From positions 660,001 to 692,000 of the forward strand of contig NC_017448.1 of NCBI RefSeq assembly GCF_000146505.1: DNA of 32,000 nt, given 5' to 3'. A program made the position numbers and the translations under genes. Numbering within the stretch: position 1 is the stretch's first letter; the number at the start of each line of letters is the position of its first letter. The notes beneath the pieces were generated by a model that ran no database searches, was not told the origin of the DNA, and was given only the letters and a program-made list of their open reading frames with translations. This stretch comes from Fibrobacter succinogenes subsp. succinogenes S85 (GTDB taxonomy: Bacteria; Fibrobacterota; Fibrobacteria; Fibrobacterales; Fibrobacteraceae). Positions 26,129 through 32,000 of this stretch are shown piece after piece.

Positions 26129-27247
26129 ATGAGAAACATTTTTGAAGAAATTGGTAAGACTCCCGCCGAAATCGAGGCAAAACTCAATAAGGCTTTCACA
26201 CAACTGTTCAAAGGCGACCGCGAAAACGAACGCATTTGCTTTGACAAAGGCAATGACATGGCGTACATCGTGGATATCGGCCACAACGACATTCGCTCCG
26301 AAGGCATGAGCTACGGCATGACGGTTGCCGCACTCCTCGGCAAGCAGGACCTTTTCGACAAACTCTGGAAATTCGCCAAGACGCACATGAAAAACACCGA
26401 AGGCGACCTTGCCGGTTATTACTCCTGGCAAGTCTCGACCGCTGACTTTTCGATGATGGACCCAGGTGCCGCTCCGGATGGCGAAGAATACTTTGCCGCA
26501 GCGCTCTTATACGCCGCCAAGATTTTCAAAAACGAACAATACAAGCGCGACGCCGTCGAGCTCATCAACGACATGGCACACAAGCCGCAAGCTGGCGATG
26601 TGTACACGATGATGGACGTGAACGCAGGCCTCGTGCGATTCTCCCCCATGAAAGGGAACGATTACACCGACCCAAGCTACAACACGGTCGCGTTCTATAG
26701 AATGTACGGTGAAGCCAGCGGCGATGCAATTTGGAACAAGATTGCAGACAACAGCGTTGCCTACTTAAAAAAGGCTTGCCACCCGGTCACGGGACTTGCC
26801 GCCGACTACAGTGAATTTGACGGAACACCGAAGAAAACGCCTTGGCACCCGGAAAGCGATTGCTTCTGCGGAGACGCTTGGCGAGTCGTGTGGAACATCG
26901 GTCTTGACGCTGCGAAATTGCAAGACAAGTGCGAACGTGCCGACGTGAGCGAATGGGAAGTTTCTGCAGTCCGCAAAATTCTCGGTTACCTCCACGGGCG
27001 TCGCCCGTATCTCGCCGACATGCGTGTCGACGGGAGCGCGTTCCCGCGCGAGGCAAGGCCTGCTACGGGCGGCCTGATTGCCATGAACGCAGCATCGACA
27101 GTCGCACTCCCCGCAGGCGATCCGCTTATCAAGCCGTTCGCCGAAGACCTCTGGAATATGGAAATCCCGACCGGACTCTGGCGCTACTACGACGGACTCC
27201 TGTATATGCTCGGGCTCCTCGCCTGCTCCGGGAAATTCAATGTTTGA
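26129..27247 (+). CDS. Glycoside hydrolase family 8, reducing-end xylose-releasing exo-oligoxylanase (Rex)-like; no signal peptide
   Basis: The ORF track starts at 26012. I prefer ATG 26129 (MRNIFEEIGKTPAEIEAKLNKAF...). It matches my memory of Bacillus halodurans Rex8A along the whole length: DIRSEGMSYGM, GAAPDGEEYFA, CHP.TGLA, RYYD..LY.L..LA.SG.F. Confidence 0.8.
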   Translation: MRNIFEEIGKTPAEIEAKLNKAFTQLFKGDRENERICFDKGNDMAYIVDIGHNDIRSEGMSYGMTVAALLGKQDLFDKLWKFAKTHMKNTEGDLAGYYSWQVSTADFSMMDPGAAPDGEEYFAAALLYAAKIFKNEQYKRDAVELINDMAHKPQAGDVYTMMDVNAGLVRFSPMKGNDYTDPSYNTVAFYRMYGEASGDAIWNKIADNSVAYLKKACHPVTGLAADYSEFDGTPKKTPWHPESDCFCGDAWRVVWNIGLDAAKLQDKCERADVSEWEVSAVRKILGYLHGRRPYLADMRVDGSAFPREARPATGGLIAMNAASTVALPAGDPLIKPFAEDLWNMEIPTGLWRYYDGLLYMLGLLACSGKFNV

Positions 27248-27256
27248 GCATAGTAG

Positions 27257-27278
27257 ATCCCGGCACAACGGCCGGGAT
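27257..27278. other. GC-rich stem-loop between convergent genes (no adjacent U-run)
   Basis: Stem atcccggc (27257-27264) pairs with gccgggat (27271-27278) around loop acaacg. Confidence 0.5.
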
Positions 27279-27289
27279 GACAACTGCGT

Positions 27290-28615
27290 TTAGTGTTTTT
27301 CGACAACTCTTCCCAGCGGCGTCTGCATTTGGCGCCGCTGTTCTGCATATATGGTCGGTGCGACAATGTGGTAAATTGCCTCTTTCACCATCGTCCCGAC
27401 ATTGAATGCAAACGAATCAAACACGTAGCGGTAACTTTCAATCGTATCGTCAAAGCCTACCACGTACGGCGCAGGTAACTTTTTCGCCTTGAAGTAATCA
27501 ATCAGCGAAGCCGCCACCCAGTCATTTGAGCACACGAATTTATCCAAAGTAGCGTTCTTCAAAAGCGATTCCAAAATGTTGTCCAAAAGAACCTGGCGCT
27601 CAACGCCCTCGTGCTCAGCAGCATCTGCCAAGTCAAACGGAGAGGCATAGCGTTCATCGACAAGCGGAATAACGTCCGTACCCGCATCCAACAAGCCCTG
27701 CAAGCGAGCCTTCGACCAAAAACTAGCGTGGTACGGCGAGAGGTAATGAACCGGCCCCATATCCTTGCTCTTGAGGTAACGTCCAACAATCACGCCTGCT
27801 TCCTTGCCAAAAGCCACATTGTAGAACGCCCACTTCTTTTTATTACGGGCAATCACCGGAATCACATCTGGAGCGTATTCCCACCAGACCGAAATCGGAT
27901 TTTTGAACGAAGCAAAATGTGCGAACAACTTCGCAGCATCATTCACCAGCCACGTCGAAAGAAACACGCCCAAGCAGTGAGTATCGTTCTTTACAACAAA
28001 CGTTTCACCCGACGACAAATAGAACAGGTTCGAAGCTTCGTGATACCCGATAAACTTCACCGCAATTTTCTGTTCTGCCGCAATCTGCGCAAACGTGCGG
28101 AACACATCGGATTCGCGTTCGGACTCAATCTTCAAGCGGCCGAATTCATCCGAGCGGTGGACAAATAAAATAAAATTCGACTTTTCAACAGGGCGTTCTT
28201 CGCTAAAGAAAAAGCGATGCCCCACATGGCGCAAAATTCCTTGCGAACACTTTTGCATCAGAAACTTTTTGACAATGTAAAGCGAAACATTGTAACGATT
28301 CGAAAGTTCCTTGCACGAAGGGAGTTCATCAAAGGCATTCAGATACCCGCTGTCCAAATCGTTCTGGAACAGGCGCTCCACAACAGAATAGACACTCTCC
28401 TCGGCCTTCACCTCGAACGATGGAGCGGTCCCCCAAAAACATCCCTTGCCATGAACAAGCTGGATACGTCCTTCGATTGCCAAAAGCTTATACGCCTTGT
28501 GAATAGTATTGACAGAAAGTTTCAGCCTTTCCGCCATTTTACGCACAGAAGGCATCTTTTCGCCATCGTGAAAACCGGCATCGATTATCGATTTTTTTAC
28601 ATCTTCAATTAGCAA
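27290..28615 (-). CDS. GntR-family transcriptional regulator with two tandem winged-HTH domains and a periplasmic-binding-protein-like sensor domain
   Basis: 441 aa. HTH 1 is GEKMPSVRKMAERLKLSVNTIHKAYKLLAIEGRIQLVHGKGCFW. HTH 2 is ELPSCKELSNRYNVSLYIVKKFLMQKCSQGILRHVGHRFFF. The remaining ~290 aa have an alternating beta-alpha character like LacI/PBP-type sugar-binding domains. Confidence 0.75.
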   Translation of the reverse strand: MLIEDVKKSIIDAGFHDGEKMPSVRKMAERLKLSVNTIHKAYKLLAIEGRIQLVHGKGCFWGTAPSFEVKAEESVYSVVERLFQNDLDSGYLNAFDELPSCKELSNRYNVSLYIVKKFLMQKCSQGILRHVGHRFFFSEERPVEKSNFILFVHRSDEFGRLKIESERESDVFRTFAQIAAEQKIAVKFIGYHEASNLFYLSSGETFVVKNDTHCLGVFLSTWLVNDAAKLFAHFASFKNPISVWWEYAPDVIPVIARNKKKWAFYNVAFGKEAGVIVGRYLKSKDMGPVHYLSPYHASFWSKARLQGLLDAGTDVIPLVDERYASPFDLADAAEHEGVERQVLLDNILESLLKNATLDKFVCSNDWVAASLIDYFKAKKLPAPYVVGFDDTIESYRYVFDSFAFNVGTMVKEAIYHIVAPTIYAEQRRQMQTPLGRVVEKH

Positions 28616-28682
28616 CTTTAAATCCTCTTCATTTCACAAAATAACAAAATTTCTCAAACGGAAAATTTGTAAATTTCTGTCC

Positions 28683-29294
28683 ATGAGAATTGGTTTAGTA
28701 TTTATGCTTTTGGCCGCCTGCATTGCCGCAGCAGCCCCCTCCAAAAAGGCCTCCGCGAAAAAGTTCAAGGACCCGCGTGACGGCCACACCTACAAGATTG
28801 TGAAAATCGGCAACCACAACTGGCTCGCCGAAAACCTCACCTACAAGACGACAAAAGGCAGCTACTGCTACAACGACGACAAGGAAAACTGCCACAAGTA
28901 CGGTCGCCTCTACACGTGGAAAGCAGCCATGAAAGCCTGCCCCACCGGCTGGAAACTTCCCGACCGCAAAGACTGGAATTTCTTGAGCAAGTATCTCGGG
29001 TCCAGCAAGAAGAACGGCTTTAGAGTCAAGCAGGCCGGCCAGAGAATTTGCTTTGGCAACAACGACATGTGGAGTCCTTACTGCGAAGAAACCAAAGCAT
29101 CATTCAACGCGGATGGCAAAAGCGACACTCATTTCGCTTACGAAGACATGGACAAGTCCGCATTCTTCTGGACAGCCACCGAAGAAACGACCTACATCGC
29201 AAACTTCGTGACCATTGGCGGTTACAACGAACGTTATGCGGAACGCGCCATCGAAGAGAACAACGCATTCTCTGTCAGGTGCATCCAAAAGTAA
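28683..29294 (+). CDS. Fibrobacter succinogenes major paralogous (FISUMP) domain protein, secreted
   Basis: 203 aa with a signal peptide. FKDPRDGHTYKIVKIGNHNWLAENL...YCY...NC.KYGRLYTW.AAM.ACPTGWKLPDRKDW matches the TIGR02145-type consensus as I remember it. Confidence 0.8.
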   Translation: MRIGLVFMLLAACIAAAAPSKKASAKKFKDPRDGHTYKIVKIGNHNWLAENLTYKTTKGSYCYNDDKENCHKYGRLYTWKAAMKACPTGWKLPDRKDWNFLSKYLGSSKKNGFRVKQAGQRICFGNNDMWSPYCEETKASFNADGKSDTHFAYEDMDKSAFFWTATEETTYIANFVTIGGYNERYAERAIEENNAFSVRCIQK

Positions 29295-29313
29295 AATCAA
29301 AATAAATTAAAGG

Positions 29314-29339
29314 AAGCCTCCCCGAAGGGAGGCTTTTTT
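29314..29339. terminator. Rho-independent terminator between convergent genes
   Basis: Stem gcctccc (29316-29322) pairs with gggaggc (29327-29333) around loop cgaa. T6 lies downstream and aa upstream. Confidence 0.8.
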
Positions 29340-29355
29340 ACGTTGCTATCATTGA

Positions 29356-30375
29356 TTAAAAATCACTATTAGGGATATCATCAGTACGAATAACATCTAA
29401 ATCAACAATCATCATTTTATTGTTGAAATTGGAGCCATGATCATTCAGAACAAGATATTCGGCGGTAGAATAAACAGGATCTATTTTTACGCTGAACGTG
29501 ATTTGCGAATGACAAATGCAATTTTGATTCAAATCATAGGCAGAACCATATTCTACATTGACCTTGAGCGTACCATCCAAAGCTACTACATTCAGGCTTT
29601 CAATTGTGGAACCACAAGTCGCCGTCACATTTTTAATCGTAAAACCAACATTTTCCGTTGACACATAGCGGTAAGCGACCGGCGGGAGCGCCGCATCACT
29701 TTTTTCGCGTGTAAACGATTCTACTGAATTGCCATCAAGCATCGGGTCAAACGTACGACGGTCCTCGCATTGCACATTAGCATCCGTAACAATTACGCGG
29801 GACGGGTCCTCCTCAGACGAAGACGAAACAACAGAAGACGAAGATTCGGCCACATCCGAGGAAGAAGACTGCATCAAAAGTTCACTTGAAGAACTCCTTT
29901 CCAGAAGCGGTTCCGCCACGATTTCATAAACTGTATTCAGATATACCAAATACTTGATGTCGGCATCCAATGGATCAATATTGAACCATACATCATTAAT
30001 ACACCTACATTCTGCAGGATCACCTTCAAAATTGATTTTTAGCGTATCAAGTACACGTTGGTTATTGAATACAATGTTTTCATAACCGCAAGTTCCAGCC
30101 ATGTCCGGAATAACCACATGATATCCCGCATCGTCGGTAACCAAATAGGCTTTTGGATTTTCCACAGCCGTTTTCTTCAGGGCATCATTATATGAATAGT
30201 CGAAACAACCCTTAAACGCGACAGATATATTGCGTGTGGAATCCAACGCGACTCCACCCCCTTGACCAGCGCCACCCCCAGCAGGCGGAACGGCAGCCGT
30301 CACCGGATCATCACTACAGGCAACAAACATCAGTGCGGCAAACGCAGTGCAAGCAACAAACGAAAGCTTTTTCAT
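29356..30375 (-). CDS. Hypothetical lipoprotein with two homologous Cys-containing domains joined by a Ser-rich linker
   Basis: 339 aa with lipobox FVACSD and linker SSSSELLMQSSSSDVAESSSSVVSSSSEED. The gene is visibly lower in G+C than its neighbours. Confidence 0.7.
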   Translation of the reverse strand: MKKLSFVACTAFAALMFVACSDDPVTAAVPPAGGGAGQGGGVALDSTRNISVAFKGCFDYSYNDALKKTAVENPKAYLVTDDAGYHVVIPDMAGTCGYENIVFNNQRVLDTLKINFEGDPAECRCINDVWFNIDPLDADIKYLVYLNTVYEIVAEPLLERSSSSELLMQSSSSDVAESSSSVVSSSSEEDPSRVIVTDANVQCEDRRTFDPMLDGNSVESFTREKSDAALPPVAYRYVSTENVGFTIKNVTATCGSTIESLNVVALDGTLKVNVEYGSAYDLNQNCICHSQITFSVKIDPVYSTAEYLVLNDHGSNFNNKMMIVDLDVIRTDDIPNSDF

Positions 30376-30602
30376 AATTTTCTCCTTTTAGGAAACCACC
30401 AAGTTTTCTCATTCACAATATAACCATCCTGTTTTGCAAAGTCAATATTTCACGCAACAAAATATTTAAATTTTTAATATTTTAAACGTTTTTATAAAAA
30501 ATTCCACAAAATAATTTTCTATATGCAACAAAGCGTTTGATATAGCGAAACACGGCTCCACCCCCTAGCCACCCGCCACTAAATTGCTAAATTTGGGGTA
30601 CT

Positions 30603-31487
30603 ATGAGCTTAAAATTCGAAACCCCCATTACCGAAGTTCCGCTGTTCCACCAGGGTAAAGTACGTGACATGTACGACCTCGGCGACAGCTTCCTGATGGT
30701 CGCTAGCGACCGTCTTTCCGCATTTGACGTGGTTCTCCCGACCCCGATTCCGGGCAAGGGCAAGATCCTGAACCAGCTTTCCCTTTTCTGGTTCAAGCAC
30801 CTTGGCATGAAGAACCACCTCATCACCGCCGACGTGAATGAATATCCGGCAGTGCTCAAGAAGCACGCCGATTACCTCCGCGGCCGTTCCATGATCGTGA
30901 AGAAGGCTAACCGCCATTCCGTGGAATGCATCGTGCGCGGATACATCGTCGGTTCTGGCTGGAAGGACTATCAGAAGACCGGCAAGATCTGCGGTCACGT
31001 TCTCCCGGAAGGTCTCCAGCTCTGCCAGAAGCTCGAAAAGCCGCTCTACACGCCGAGCACCAAGCCCGACGTTGGCCACGACGAAAACATCAGCTTCGAA
31101 CAGACTTTCGATATCGTTGGCGAAAAGGTCGCAACGACTCTCCGCGATATGTCCCTTGACATCTACACGAAGGCTCGCGACTACGCAGCCTCCAAGGGCA
31201 TCATCCTCGCCGACACCAAGTTCGAATTCGGTGAAATCGATGGCGAAACCATCCTCATCGACGAAGTGCTCACTCCGGATTCCAGCCGCTACTGGCCGGC
31301 AGACAAGTACCAGGTTGGCAAGAACCAGGAAAGCTTCGACAAGCAGTACGTCCGTGACTGGCTCGAAACTCTCGACTGGGGCAAGACCTACCCGGGTCCG
31401 GAAATTCCGCCTGAAGTCGTGAAGAACACGCTCGCCAAGTACGAAGAAATCTTCGTGCGCCTCACCGGCAAGCAGCCTGAATTGTAA
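30603..31487 (+). CDS. purC: Phosphoribosylaminoimidazole-succinocarboxamide (SAICAR) synthase
   Basis: 294 aa with GKVRDMYD...LMVASDRLSAFDVV and ILADTKFEFG. Confidence 0.95.
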   Translation: MSLKFETPITEVPLFHQGKVRDMYDLGDSFLMVASDRLSAFDVVLPTPIPGKGKILNQLSLFWFKHLGMKNHLITADVNEYPAVLKKHADYLRGRSMIVKKANRHSVECIVRGYIVGSGWKDYQKTGKICGHVLPEGLQLCQKLEKPLYTPSTKPDVGHDENISFEQTFDIVGEKVATTLRDMSLDIYTKARDYAASKGIILADTKFEFGEIDGETILIDEVLTPDSSRYWPADKYQVGKNQESFDKQYVRDWLETLDWGKTYPGPEIPPEVVKNTLAKYEEIFVRLTGKQPEL

Positions 31488-31508
31488 GAGACAAGTCTAT
31501 TTGCAAAA

Positions 31509-31538
31509 CGCGCAGACCTTCGGGCCTGCGTTTTTTTT
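31509..31538. terminator. Terminator between convergent purC and the phosphatase gene
   Basis: Stem cgcagacc (31511-31518) pairs with ggcctgcg (31523-31530, one mismatch) around loop ttcg. T8 lies downstream and aaaa upstream. Confidence 0.75.
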
Positions 31539-31540
31539 AA

Positions 31541-32000
31541 TTATTCTAGGTAGTATTCCCGAAGCGCATCGATGGTCGCGGTGGGCACATGCATCCGCTG
31601 CGTGATGAAATTCAATAGCGAACCGTATTCCGCATTGATGCGTTTGAGCGGAATTTCTAAATACTCGCGCTTGACACTTACCAAGAAATGTAGAATGTCG
31701 AGCTGTTCGTCCGTCATTCCCGATTCACGACCTTTAGCAGTCATCGCCTCTAGCGGCTTGCGGTACGAGTTTTCGGATTCCGCATAATCATCTAAAATAG
31801 CGTTATCATCAGCACCGAGAGCGGCAAGCATCAAGGCTGAGCAAAAACCACAGCGGTCCTTGCCCGAAGTGCAATGCCACAAAACAGGCGCACCCTTTTG
31901 CGCACGAACCGTTTCAAAGACTTTCGCATACTGCGAGCTCGCATAATCGCTATCCACAAAGTAATTATAGAGTTTGTCCTTTAACGTATTTGCAATCGGA
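31541..32000 (-). CDS. Protein-tyrosine-phosphatase-like protein (Cys-X5-Arg), 3' part; the 5' end lies outside the window
   Basis: It contains the active-site signature HCTSGKDRCG. The frame stays open upstream of the GTG used by the ORF track (..PIANTLKDKLYNYFVDSDY..) up to the window edge. Confidence 0.75.
   Translation of the reverse strand, partial: PIANTLKDKLYNYFVDSDYASSQYAKVFETVRAQKGAPVLWHCTSGKDRCGFCSALMLAALGADDNAILDDYAESENSYRKPLEAMTAKGRESGMTDEQLDILHFLVSVKREYLEIPLKRINAEYGSLLNFITQRMHVPTATIDALREYYLE

Noticed and set aside
30376-30602. A possible purine, ZTP or PRPP riboswitch in the 227-nt AT-rich spacer upstream of purC.
   Set aside because: I could not find the conserved cores, for example the ZTP GGGUCGUGAC...CCGCCUGGGC or the purine-riboswitch junction. 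The region looks like a plain AT-rich divergent promoter. A covariance-model scan would be needed to be certain.

Overview
Densely coding chromosomal window, roughly half G+C by eye, with about 30 genes. It reads as core genome of a Fibrobacter-like organism. The taxon hint is a 'Fibrobacter succinogenes major paralogous domain' protein at 28683-29294; this is inference, not a database hit. Left to right: 3' end of an NSS/LeuT-type Na+ transporter plus an unlisted 34-codon MetS-like micro-ORF; a roughly 1130-aa MFS-acyltransferase-acyl-ACP-synthetase fusion (LplT-Aas-like); a RidA-family gene and an HD-like gene. Then a co-directional minus-strand block rapA-proB-scpB-mutS, in which mutS carries one in-frame TAA. 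Next come a GYF/RDD membrane protein and murA. A canonical minus-strand tolQ-tolR-tolA-tolB-pal-ybgF operon follows, extended at its 3' end by a FecCD/BtuC-type permease and an ATPase with no binding-protein gene. The rest is a lipoprotein, folC, secreted endonuclease I, rpsD, a small AT-rich islet with a truncated ORF6N-like ORF, a cytoplasmic GH8 (Rex-like) enzyme, a GntR regulator with two HTH domains, a FISUMP-domain protein, a low-GC internally duplicated lipoprotein, purC and the 3' part of a Cys-X5-Arg phosphatase. I found no rRNA, tRNA, CRISPR array, transposase, integrase or recognisable defence or toxin module, and I cannot support a claim of a new multi-gene system here. The observations most worth a second look are the interrupted mutS, a degenerate mini-hairpin repeat family shared by two intergenic regions (5379-5535 and 23961-24113), the LplT-Aas triple fusion, the tol-pal operon with an orphan ABC importer, and the AT-rich ORF6N remnant. 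All function calls rest on motif recognition from the supplied translations. No searches were run.
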